64,000 bases of DNA from Patellaria atrata CBS 101060 (Eukaryota), in contig MU006115.1 in assembly GCA_010093705.1 (NCBI GenBank), positions 150,678 through 214,677 on the forward strand. Direction: 5' to 3'. The notes under the pieces are model-generated. The model was not told the DNA's origin and searched no databases. It was given only the letters and a program-made list of their open reading frames with translations. A program made the position numbers and the translations under genes. Position 1 is the first letter of the stretch; the number at the start of each line of letters is the position of its first letter. Shown here one piece after another: positions 27,700-38,477 of this stretch.

Positions 27700-28582
27700 A
27701 TGATGTTCGACCTATCCTTAAAGAAACGCCGTCGCGAAGTTGATGAAGATGAAGAAGCTGCACCAGCAACAGCTGTGCAGGGAAACCATGGGAAGGTAGG
27801 CGGTTAACTCCAGATGTTGGACTTTTCTTGGACTATATAATCTAACTGGACGGCTGCAGCGTATTCGCAGTAACGTAACTACGGAAGAACAACCAACAGG
27901 TCAGAGCTATATGGATGCAATACCTTTCCGGCCCTCAGAGCACTCCCCGCACCCGTTCTGGAGACCGACCACCATCACACCCGCTGAATCAGAAGAATCA
28001 GCAGGAGAATCTCCTGTTACACAACCGGACTCTGACATGGAGATGGACGAAGGAAACGACATTTTCGGCCCTCTTCCCTCTCCCGACACTCCAGCATTTG
28101 CGACGCCGCTACGGCCTGCCCGCTTACATTGGCAAGCGATGCAGCAGTTTCCCGGAGGCCGGATTCCTACCCCCATTCACAGTAACTTCTATACGAACAA
28201 CAACACATTCCTGAAAATGACCTCAAGATCCAATAGTGATGTCAGCCAGATGGAACTGGAACACCTCGTATCCGGTTCGCAGCAAACATCCAGAATACTT
28301 CCAGGGCTTGATAGAAGGCTTCCATCACCCGTTAGCGAAGATGAAATGGATACTCAAACCAGTATCGCGGGAAGCCAATTATCCCATCTTAGTGTTGTAG
28401 ATGAAGAGTTCATGGAGGTGGACAGGAATGAGACCATGTTGAGCGAACCACCAAAACGAGGTAGGGCAAGAAGTGGAGCTATTGCAACGGAAAAGAAGAA
28501 GTTCTCCATGGGATATCGCGAAGATTGTCCCAAGTGTCAAGCAAGAGTTCCTGGTCACTACAGTCATTTCCTTCCGGCGTAG
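27700..28582 (+). CDS. Conserved fungal hypothetical protein with C-terminal Cys/His motif
   Basis: Intron 27796..27859 joins LKKRRRE (NLS-like) to ORF 27911..28582, which contains FPGGRIPTPI and ends FSMGYREDCPKCQARVPGHYSHF. The 5' end is uncertain. Confidence 0.7.
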
Positions 28583-28769
28583 AAGATGGCCAGCCCGCAC
28601 TTGCATATCTTTCATTCTCACTGAGTATATGATACCCAAATCTAGACATGACAGCGTTACAGCAAATACTATATTGTACATCATAAGTAGTCACAATAGG
28701 CAAAACTTTTATCTCCTATCCGAGACTTCGCTAAGCCTCTCCCCGGACTTGTTGATCTACAGAGCTCAT

Positions 28770-29909
28770 TCATAAAAACACCCTCAGAAATTCTCCTAGT
28801 GCCATAATTGCCATCGCCTGACCGTACGGCATGCTAGTCCGTTCGATATCCTTATAGTGTTGTAACGTATCTCCCATTGCTGTACCGAAGCTGACATCAC
28901 GCAGTTCTCCATCCGTATTGATTTTGCTGATAGTAGCTTTGACAGCCTTAATTGCGACGTCTTCGTACTCCTTGCCGATATATCGTTTCCGAACTGCTTT
29001 CAACATACCATATGCAAATCCCGCAGTCGCAGAAGTTTCAACATAGCTTCCTTCAGTCAATGGAACGTCGAGAAGCGTTCTCCACAGTCCATCTTGGTCC
29101 TGGAGGTTCTTGAGTGCATAGCACTGCGCCTCCAGCGTGTTTACTAGATGTATCCTAAAGGGATCTGAGGGAGTCATGTCCAAGAGCTCTATAAAGTCCG
29201 GGATGAAAATCGTAAGCCAACTATTCCCTCGTGCCCATCTCGCTCGAGCAAAGTTGTGTCCAACTCCTCCTAGGGCCTTTTCGTCGAACTTCCACCCGTG
29301 AAAGAATAAGCCAGTCAAGGGATCAAAGAGATATTGAATATGCAGCAGCACCTGTCTTTTGGCCTCTTCAATGTAGTGCGGTCGACCCAATACCTTCCCT
29401 ATTTTCGCGAGCGGTAAGACTGTCATCATCAATGTATCATCCCACAGCTCATTCGTGTTGTCCGCTAAATAGGTCATATGCTGCATACCGCCATAGGGTG
29501 TTCGAGGCAGGTCATACATTGCCCACTCGGCCCAACTTTCCAGCCATGGAACGTATGTCTGGTTATGGGTTTGTTCATATACATAAGCTAGCGTGAGGAA
29601 CACGGCCATAGTATTGATATTCTTAGTCGTTCCCCTCGACAGTTGCTCCGAGAACCATTCTTCTATGATCTTGAGGTTATTCGGGGAGGCAGTCAATGTG
29701 TAGTAGTGCCATATTCCATAGAGACCTATTCCATGCGTCCATTCCCAGTCATGCCAGCCTTTAGTATCTATCACCCTCCCATCGGGCAAGCGAAGCAGAA
29801 AATGTCCGGTTGTGTCTTGAATATTTACGAGATTTTGAATCAACCTATCGATCCCATCGCTAATAGCCCGGACGCTGAAGCCATACGCTTCCATAGGTTC
29901 TTGCGGCAT
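28770..29909 (-). CDS. GH105/GH88 unsaturated rhamnogalacturonyl hydrolase (YteR-like), no signal peptide
   Basis: DWEWTHGIGLYG, ELWDDTLMM, GLFFHGW, WARGNSW, SYVETSATAGFAYG and PYGQAM. Confidence 0.9.
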   Translation of the reverse strand: MPQEPMEAYGFSVRAISDGIDRLIQNLVNIQDTTGHFLLRLPDGRVIDTKGWHDWEWTHGIGLYGIWHYYTLTASPNNLKIIEEWFSEQLSRGTTKNINTMAVFLTLAYVYEQTHNQTYVPWLESWAEWAMYDLPRTPYGGMQHMTYLADNTNELWDDTLMMTVLPLAKIGKVLGRPHYIEEAKRQVLLHIQYLFDPLTGLFFHGWKFDEKALGGVGHNFARARWARGNSWLTIFIPDFIELLDMTPSDPFRIHLVNTLEAQCYALKNLQDQDGLWRTLLDVPLTEGSYVETSATAGFAYGMLKAVRKRYIGKEYEDVAIKAVKATISKINTDGELRDVSFGTAMGDTLQHYKDIERTSMPYGQAMAIMALGEFLRVFL

Positions 29910-30296
29910 CTTTACAAGACAATATCCTACTGTCAACGAAGGTCTTTGATGGAATTAAACTATGGATTTCAATTGTACGATATAGGAAGCTCTAATAGCT
30001 TTATTATTGCACTTTTTACAATATCTCTTGCTAGTCAACCTCGTCAAGTCCACCAGCAAATGTAGCGAGGGCCGGGGTCAGTTGCACCGAAGCCATACAA
30101 CGTCCTTGTCAGTTTCTTCCCCTCAGTCAGATCAACGCTTCCAACCCACAACCCCGGCTTTGAGCAATATCTGAGGATCTGACTCAGATCTCTCCCCGGA
30201 TATGTCCAGTCTGGGTATGGGTACATCGCCCATGATTCGGGGGTAGACGGCCCACGCATATGTCAGTTGTGGAGAAATTCTAGCGGCGAAAGAGCT

Positions 30297-30313
30297 CGGA
30301 CGGTGATGGACCG
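30297..30313. promoter_or_regulatory. CGG-N11-CCG Zn2Cys6-type site in the GH105/MFS divergent promoter
   Basis: CGG acggtgatgga CCG read directly from the sequence. Confidence 0.4.
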
Positions 30314-30463
30314 AATGGTTAGCATAGAGTCGGGGCATGGTAGTGTATTTATATTGCTGCAGCAGTTATCAATTATGGGTCTGATCGATCAGGTCACCTT
30401 AATATCTATTCTGTATTCCTCTTCTTCTCTCTTGTATGAAGTTAGTTGAGGATATTTTGCATT

Positions 30464-32358
30464 ATGACTGACAACCAGGGACGGCATAAGGACCTCTCGT
30501 CAACCGCACCAGAAGTGGTCTCTACAAACCCTTCGACGACAAAGAACGATCATGATGTCGGTCTGATCGAGAGAATCATGTCTGCGGACGAGACTCTCCA
30601 GAAGGACCATATGAACTACGACCGTGTCGACAAGGAGCTTGCAAAGTATGCCCAAGCGACGGCGATAGAAATCAGTCCAGAGGAAAACAAGCGTTTGAAG
30701 AGGATGATTGATAAGAGGATACTCCCTGTTTTGATATTTACGTACTTCTTGCAAGCTCTGGATAAGGGGACTATGAGCTTTGCCAGTATTATGGGTATTC
30801 GGCAGGATTTAGATCTACTTGACAAACAGAGGGTGAGATCCATTTTCATCTTAGAGTCCTTGAATTGCAAATGACAGATTCCTTCTCCATCTCTGTTGTT
30901 CGATCATTCTTCTCATATCTAGAGACGCAGCACGTTCTCATATCCTCACCGATTCTACCTTTCTATTTGGAAATCTTACAATAGCCGTCGTTTCACCTTC
31001 CCGTCATAAGCATTCAACGGGGAATAAATGCAGTACCATGATTAATATTTCAATAGTATGCATGGCTTACGACCTGTATCTACATCGCTGTGCTCATCGT
31101 CGAATACCCCACCAACTGGATCATCCATCGCGTCCCCATCGCCAAATACCTCAGTCTCAACATTGTCCTCTGGGGCACCGTCCTAGCATGCCACGCCGCA
31201 GCGAAAAACTTTGCTACTCTAGTCGCCGTACGTACGCTGCTCGGTATCTTCGAGGCCGTTTGCCAGCCCAGTTTCCTCGTCATGAGTGCCATGTGGTACA
31301 AGCGCGAAGAACAGGCCGAGACAGTCACTTACTGGTACATGATGAACGGTGGTCAACAGATCGTCGGTGGTCTTCTGGCGTACTGCTTTACCTTGATTGA
31401 TTCCGGACCACTTAAGAGTTGGCAAGCGATTTTCATTGCTTATGGTTCTTTCTCGGTTCTATGGGGCTTCTTTGTCGGCTGGTGGCTTCCTGATTCTCCT
31501 ATGAGAGCTAAGTGCTTCAGCGAGGAAGATAAGACATTGATCATAGAACGTGTCCGAAGCAACCAAACGGGTCTGCAGAACAAGCATTTCCGTCCCGAGC
31601 AAGTCTGGGAAGCTTTGAAAGATCCCCAAATGTGGTGCTATTGCTCCATCGCTGTCTGCACTACTCTTCCAACTTCCGGTCTCGGTGCCTTTGCCAATAT
31701 CATCATCACCAGCTTCAAGTTTACCGTTCTGCAGACCCAGCTACTTGCAATGGTACTCGGCGCAGTCATCATCATCATCTTGCTCTCTTCCACCTGGCTA
31801 GTGAAGAAGACAGGTCAAAATCTTCTTATCATGGGCCTCTACGTGATCCCGTAAGTAACTCCCCTTCCACCATCCCGTTCCGTCCTCTGACTTCGGATTC
31901 ATAGCTCCTTCGTTGGCACAATCGTCCTCCTATCAGTCGAAAACACAACCACAGCCACCAAAGCCGGCCTCCTCATTTCCTACTACATCGTTCTCTCCTT
32001 CTGGGCCGCCCAGACCCTCTCCATGTCCATGCTCTCCCGCAACGTCGCCGGGCAGACTAAGAAAACGGTCGTCGTCGCCGCTAACTTTATCGCCTGGGCT
32101 GTCGGTAACGCCATAGGTCCGCAAGTCTTCCTTGATCATGAAGAACCGCGGTATTTCACAGCATTCTCAATTCATATGGGTTGTTATGTCGTGCTGGTCA
32201 TTACCATTGTGGTGTTGAGGTGGTATCTAAAGAGAGAAAATAGGAGAAAGGATGAGCTGGTGGCTCAGGGGGTCAGGGAAGCTAGGGATGAAAGGCTTGT
32301 ACATGCTTTTGATGATTTGACGGATAGGGAGAATCCAAATTTTAGGTATGTATTTTAG
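30464..32358 (+). CDS. MFS transporter, allantoate permease (DAL5/anion:cation symporter) family; 3 exons
   Basis: IDKRILP..LQALDKGTMSFAS, RTLLGIFEA, MWYKREEQ, LPDSPMRAK, RNVAGQTKK and AFDDLTDRENPNFRY. Confidence 0.92.
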
Positions 32359-32955
32359 GCGGGCAGTGGATAGTTAGAGTGGTCGCGCTGTATGCGTTGT
32401 ATATATTTCTTTGGAACTAGATACCATCTGAAACAGATGACAGTAGCTTTAACGCTTCACGCACCAGGGGAAAGTCTGGTAATTGAGATAAAATAAAATA
32501 TGCACTAGTACCTCCCGTCAGATCATTCACCTGCAGTCAACTCTAGGAGACTGCTTTGTGCTGCAGTACAAGCTGATATCCAAAATCTTGGCAAAGATCT
32601 ATACTTTTTCTTTCAAAAGGCCGAGATTCTTTTTGGTCATTTGCTTAACGGTTCATAAAAGAGCAAGTTAATACGTTCTCCTAAGATTGCCATCAAAAAT
32701 CTTAAAGATTGGTGTGCAATATTAAATTTTTGGAGAAGGTGGTGGAATTTCAGTTTCTCTGAAAGAGCGCAAACGCGTCAAGGGTGACAAGGCGAGACAG
32801 GGTCATTCGCTAGCTTCTAAGCTAACCCCCTAAGTTCACCTCACGCCCTCGGGTCTTCTCTTTCTGTGCCTTCACCCTTTAACTTTCTTCTATCATCAAT
32901 AACATTCACTCACCAAACTCTAGTCAATTAACAGTTACGACTGTCATCGACAACC

Positions 32956-34953
32956 ATGGCTTGGCGCAACCGGCAAGGCTTTACCGGTTCTAATAATATT
33001 CCTTTAGGAACCCGCCGTGGCTTTGGAGCCGACGGAGGCTCTACATCTGCCGATGATGGTGGCTACAACCCTTCAGCACCCGCAACTGGTCTCAGCGAAA
33101 TGAGTGCAAAGCGTGGGCGAAGCCCTGAGCGCGGTAAGTCCATCATATAACATATCATCGTTCCCTCTAATTTGTAAACCAGCTCCTCCAGATGTCGATG
33201 GTAGCAAACGTCGACGCAGGCGGAACCGCTGGGGCGAAAAAGAAGAGAACAAAGTTGCTGGGCTTATGGGTCTTCCAACTGCTATTACAGGACCGATGAC
33301 CCAGGAACAGATCGATGCATATGTCTTGCATGTCCGTATTGAGGAAATCACCAAGAAAATTCAAATCAACGATTACGTTCCAGCATCGCCAGACAGGTGA
33401 GCCTTGAAACTTCTCTTACAATCGATCAAAAGTCTAACTAATTTTCCAGGACGCCATCTCCTCCGCCACAATATGACAACTTCGGCCGTCGTACTAACAC
33501 GCGCGAGTTTCGCTACCGCAAAAAGCTTGAGGATGAGCGCCACAAGCTTGTGGAGAAAGCTATGAAGGATATTCCGGGATATAAACCTCCAGCAGATTAC
33601 AGGCGCCCAACCAAGACGCAAGAGAAAGTTTACGTCCCAGTAAATGACTATCCAGAAATTAACTTCAGTACGATGACTAACCCTAAGTTCCTAACCTCCA
33701 TGCTTTCCCATTTTCATGCTTTCTTTCATGCCCAGTCACTAACCCACATTCTAACATTTTTTGCTTACATAAAATTAACTTGAACACTAACACTTATTTT
33801 CCTTGCTACTAATAGTTGGTTTACTGATTGGACCTCGTGGAAACACTCTCAAAAAGATGGAGTCCCAATCTGGCGCTAAAATCGCCATCCGAGGGAAAGG
33901 CTCTGTTAAAGAGGGTAAGGGCAAATCTGACGCTGCCCACACTAGCAACCAGGAAGAAGATCTCCACTGCTTGATCATGGCCGACACCGAGGACAAGGTA
34001 AATAAGGCTAAGCAGTTGATCCATAACGTCATTGAGACTGTAAGTACCTCACTCTGACCCAAGCCTTGTATACAATCTTGTACTAACGAAGAGATTTAAG
34101 GCTGCCTCTATTCCAGAAGGTCAGAATGAGTTGAAACGGAATCAGTTGCGAGAACTCGCTGCGCTCAACGGTACTCTACGTGACGATGAGAACCAAGCGT
34201 GCCAGAACTGCGGCGAGATCGGCCATAGAAAGTTCGACTGTCCACAGGAACGTAACTTTACCGCATCCATCATCTGTCGTTCTTGCGGTAATTCTGGCCA
34301 CATGGCTCGAGACTGCCCAGACCGAGACCGCGGCACCAGCTGGCGAAACGATGGTGCACCCCCTGGACCACCTGGTGGACCACCACGACCCCGCCCAGAT
34401 AATTACGAAGGTGCTATGAACGATATTACCGGTTACACGGGGACTCAACAACGTATAGAGGGCGGTCCTGGCGGCTATTCCGCTAACGGAAACGGAGACG
34501 CTGCGGCGAGACCATGGGCCGTTGCTGCAACTGGAGGACCTGCACCTTGGCAGGTTCCACGGGACAACAATGCTGGAGGTGCACGCCCTTGGGCTCAAGC
34601 GCGTCCTCAAGAATCTTTCAATAGTTACGGTGCCCCACCACCAGCACCAAGCGCTCCTGGCGTAGCTCCATGGCAGCGTCCAGCCGCTGCTTCGCAACCC
34701 ACTGCGCCTGGCTACACTGCCTTCAATGGATTTAGCGCCGCTCCTGCTGCAAACAGCACGGCTTTACCACCACCTGGTCTTGGAGCTCTCTTTCAAAACT
34801 ACGGTCTTAATGCGGGGTCTCCTCCACCGCCACCTCCGAGCGATATTCCACCGCCTCCTGTTAGTATCCAGCTCCTCTAGCCCCTATTCAGTCACTGACA
34901 TAGCGCAGGCACCACCAGATCTCCCCCCTCCTCCACCACCTCCTCCTAGTTGA
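32956..34953 (+). CDS. MSL5: Branchpoint-bridging protein / splicing factor 1 (KH-QUA2, two Zn knuckles); 6 exons
   Basis: [80 protein letters not shown] and a Pro-rich tail. Introns 33134..33182, 33397..33449, 33668..33815, 34040..34100 and 34860..34908. Confidence 0.96.
33668..33815 (+). promoter_or_regulatory. BBP/SF1 intron 3 containing an array of branchpoint-like motifs
   Basis: CTAAC at 33677, 33691, 33739, 33751 and 33787; CTAAG 33683; TTAAC 33775; TACTAAT 33807 overlapping the 3' splice site. Confidence 0.8.
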
Positions 34954-36212
34954 ATTGTACGGGCTCCCGTTGTCTAGTTTGCAAGAGTCTCCTTGCCCCA
35001 AGCACTAATTCTTCTCGATTATACCATAGCCTTCTACAGATTTCTTACACAGGCATCCAACCTTAACTTGGCGCTTATTGTGGTAGGGATGTCACTGCAC
35101 ATTTCTCGCGAAATGTCTAACTTGTGTAAATTGCCTGAGAGGGCAGGAATCTAGCTTAGTCTGCATATTAACAACTTAGACAACAGTAACAGGGCATAGT
35201 GAATCCCTTGGCTCAGATTTATTTTTCCTGACGTGTGGTTCCTTCTCTCGAATAGCTGGTGCAATAGGATTCGCAGGGGTCAGTTTTCATTTTATACTAC
35301 TTTCGCTAATTCCTGACCTTTCGAAAATATTTGTTTGTAGTTATACTTTTACATAGCTCAGCTCTTGCGGGAAATTTTTTTTAAATTTTTTTTTTTTTTA
35401 GCTCAGTCGAGTTCCTTTCCACTGTATGGCAATCAAAGTGAAATGCATCGATTGGCTCCCTCTTTTGCCGAAGAGCAGTCATACTTATATGTATCGAGGA
35501 AGCTTCAACTACAGTCGGCAAGCAACATCCCGCATCTTTCTATAGCTGTGCGGTGAACAACCGCTAAATTTTCCAAGGACCAGGTTTGATTGATTATAAA
35601 CAAGCGCGTGCTTGCTCTCAGGCACGAGGACAAGGTAATCTTCAAGCTATTATGATGGACTCATATAGAAATCTGTGAATATCCACCTCGCTTAATCACA
35701 TACTGTGTTATTCTGCGTTACTTAGATCGTGGTGATGGCGGGCGTACACAACTTGCACCAGGAGGTATTGAAATTCGTAGAACAGCCCCTAAGGGATTAA
35801 TCACCGCAGAAGGCTTGAATAACGCAAGAGATTTGAGGTGAGTGTGATGTTGGAGCCTTAGTCTTTTTTTCAATTTCGATTTCAGTGGATGGATTTGAAG
35901 TTTAGCATGCATTTCGACACACCCAGGTGATGGATCAATGGATGCTCACTAATTTATAATCTTAATCAGACTCTATCATGACATTGTGATGGCTCCACGA
36001 GATTCGACAAAGATATAGTCCAAAAAAGCACTAAGCCAGTACCTAAGCATCGCAAATTTCCACGATTCCTGCACACTAGCAGAAACTAGCTCTATACCTT
36101 CAAGGTAAAGACCATTTAACCCCCCTCCTCTTAGCAACTTAGACAAAAACTCCTCGATTTTCTCAGTCCGACAGTATCAATACAACTATTTTCATCAATG
36201 CGAAGCTATTGT

Positions 36213-38477
36213 TTACCGTATAGTCACTGTGTCTTGCCCTTTGTCGTTTGCGATCCATTCATCTATGCACACTCCTACAATCTTGTACTGGTCCAATTTG
36301 TGGTTTCTAGATATCAACAAGTTCCCGGAACCTCCGGTTTCAACGTACGCGTAGTCTCTCATCACGTCAGTAAGATCATGGGTGAATTCCTCTCTTACCA
36401 GAGCCCTACCATTGGGCCACGGTAGCTTAGGGATGACGGGTTTCTCATCTTTTGTGCTCCTGCAACTAGACGCATAGGCTTTATGGGCGTTGATGTCACC
36501 TCCGAACGCAACCAGATTGAAGGTCTTACCTACGTCCCCCACCTGCACCAGTCCCAATCCATCTCGAAGGATTATCCTGCCGTCTGGGCCTATGTCCGCG
36601 GCCCTTTCTCCGAGGAAGCTCCCTTCGACTGCGGTCATAGCTCCAAATATTAGGGAAAACGGAGCAATTATCGTACACCCGCAATTTACCGTAACCTCAC
36701 ATGAAATACTCTCCGTCCTTTTGTTGTAAAGACGGGATTCGCAGCCAGTTATGTCCACTATCCTGTAGTTCATCGATTGGTTGTGGACCCTGACGTATTC
36801 TCGAGATGGATTTTCCCAAAACGTGCCGCTCACGCACCTGTCAACCCACCCGGTGGGCTTTGCAATGGGGTCACTGGTGGTCCATTCTGGTTGGAGGTTG
36901 TGAAGCAACTTCCGCCTATACTGTATAACGTCGCAGCCGGGGTCCATGATACTTCCCAGGACCGTCGCACATTGCACCAATATCCTCCCGGTCTCGTCTT
37001 TGTATACGTCCTTGGGTTGATCGTACGTGGGTATCAGCTCGCTGCTGAAGGTGCCGGTTTTTACTTTCTTGCCACAGTTGCAGCCCTTGAAGATGAACTG
37101 GAAATCACTATTTTGCTGTTGTCTGAGCCGTATCTTCATATACTTCCGCGGAGCCCCCTTAACGCCGGTCATTGCTATGGTTTTTGCCTGGCCTTTTGCT
37201 TTCAGCTTCCCTAGTTTAACTACCCCGGCGAAGCAGTCTGTCGTCATGTCTCCGCTGTAGTCTTCTACCACCGGTATCCAGTCCCACTCCCCTCTTTTTG
37301 TGCTGCTTATCGCGAGCTTGGTCCACGCGAACTCCGTTTTAGTAGACAGTTGCTTAAAGAAATTAAAGGATATTTTTTCTATATCATCTCCGGTCATATC
37401 CCTCTCTATCTCCTCTGGGGTGAACAGACCGTTGAAGATACCCAGAAGGCCCCTGAAGATATCCCTTTTCTGATAGCACTCTCGCGGTGTTAAAGAGATA
37501 GCTGAGAATATGTTGCTTATCCCCTTGTAATTCTCGTACCACCAGTTAGGGCCTCCGTTAATGATGTCCTCCCTCGCGCGGCTGATCCCCTGAACGCGCA
37601 GCTGCAAGATCCAGAGGATCAGATTGTCCTCCTCTATGATTCTCAAAATCGCGTCGATCGCTCCAGTTTTCAGAACTCTGCAGCTGGCTATCCAATCCTT
37701 TAGCTTGGACGCCTTATCCCTGGAGTCTGTGGCGAGGTCCATCCACGTATCCAGTTCCCTTATATTGGAAATGTCCTCGCGGTTTTCCGGCGATTTCTTT
37801 ATTGCCCACATGGTTATGTTCTTCCCGAGTATCATTTCCTGGAACGTCCAAACCCTGGAGAAGTACAGGTTGTGAAACAGGGAGCTGACACGGCTGATAC
37901 ACGTGGCGTAGCAGTTCAACACGCCCATATCGACGGCCGCAGACCTCACTATCGACTTGTCGACCGGGAAGTTCCAATGCGCGGTGTCCGCCCACATGGC
38001 CAGACGGTTGTGCATGTTCTCAGTGAGTTTCATGGCTTCGGAGGCGAGCGCGGCCCCGCCCATATGGGACAGTATGTGGTCGATGAACTTCAGGTCGTTC
38101 ACGATCTGGAGCGGATCCCAGACCTCGGTCATCTCAATCAGGATGTGGCACTTCCGGGCGCTCTTGTAGTACTGGAACATCTTGGACATCTCCACGGCCT
38201 TCTCCCTCTCGTCGGCTTGGTTCAGGCACAACGAGTCCACCCACAGGTACTGTATCCCCGATGCTCTCATCAGCATCTTGATCTGGGCTAGCTTCTCCTT
38301 CTTCAATGTGAAGGCCCAGGTCACGCCGTTTATCTGGGGGTCGTATTCCCTTTCTTCTTTTGCTCCCCAGGTGTAGGAGATAATATCGTACTCCTGAACG
38401 TTGTGAGAGCGGGAGTCGATGACGGAGAATATCCCATCGACGTAGTGGAGGAGCCTCAGAGGGAGGACGACTGCCAT
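36213..38477 (-). CDS. HET-domain (heterokaryon incompatibility-type) protein, intronless, 754 aa
   Basis: YDIISYTWG, YLWVDSLCLNQAD, MFQYYKSA and YFSRVWTFQE. Confidence 0.88.
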   Translation of the reverse strand: MAVVLPLRLLHYVDGIFSVIDSRSHNVQEYDIISYTWGAKEEREYDPQINGVTWAFTLKKEKLAQIKMLMRASGIQYLWVDSLCLNQADEREKAVEMSKMFQYYKSARKCHILIEMTEVWDPLQIVNDLKFIDHILSHMGGAALASEAMKLTENMHNRLAMWADTAHWNFPVDKSIVRSAAVDMGVLNCYATCISRVSSLFHNLYFSRVWTFQEMILGKNITMWAIKKSPENREDISNIRELDTWMDLATDSRDKASKLKDWIASCRVLKTGAIDAILRIIEEDNLILWILQLRVQGISRAREDIINGGPNWWYENYKGISNIFSAISLTPRECYQKRDIFRGLLGIFNGLFTPEEIERDMTGDDIEKISFNFFKQLSTKTEFAWTKLAISSTKRGEWDWIPVVEDYSGDMTTDCFAGVVKLGKLKAKGQAKTIAMTGVKGAPRKYMKIRLRQQQNSDFQFIFKGCNCGKKVKTGTFSSELIPTYDQPKDVYKDETGRILVQCATVLGSIMDPGCDVIQYRRKLLHNLQPEWTTSDPIAKPTGWVDRCVSGTFWENPSREYVRVHNQSMNYRIVDITGCESRLYNKRTESISCEVTVNCGCTIIAPFSLIFGAMTAVEGSFLGERAADIGPDGRIILRDGLGLVQVGDVGKTFNLVAFGGDINAHKAYASSCRSTKDEKPVIPKLPWPNGRALVREEFTHDLTDVMRDYAYVETGGSGNLLISRNHKLDQYKIVGVCIDEWIANDKGQDTVTIR

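Noticed and set aside
35600..35850. Exon-like fragment IVVMAGVHNLHQEVLKFV flanked by splice-like signals
   Set aside because: Too short, with no start or recognisable family; at most a gene relic.
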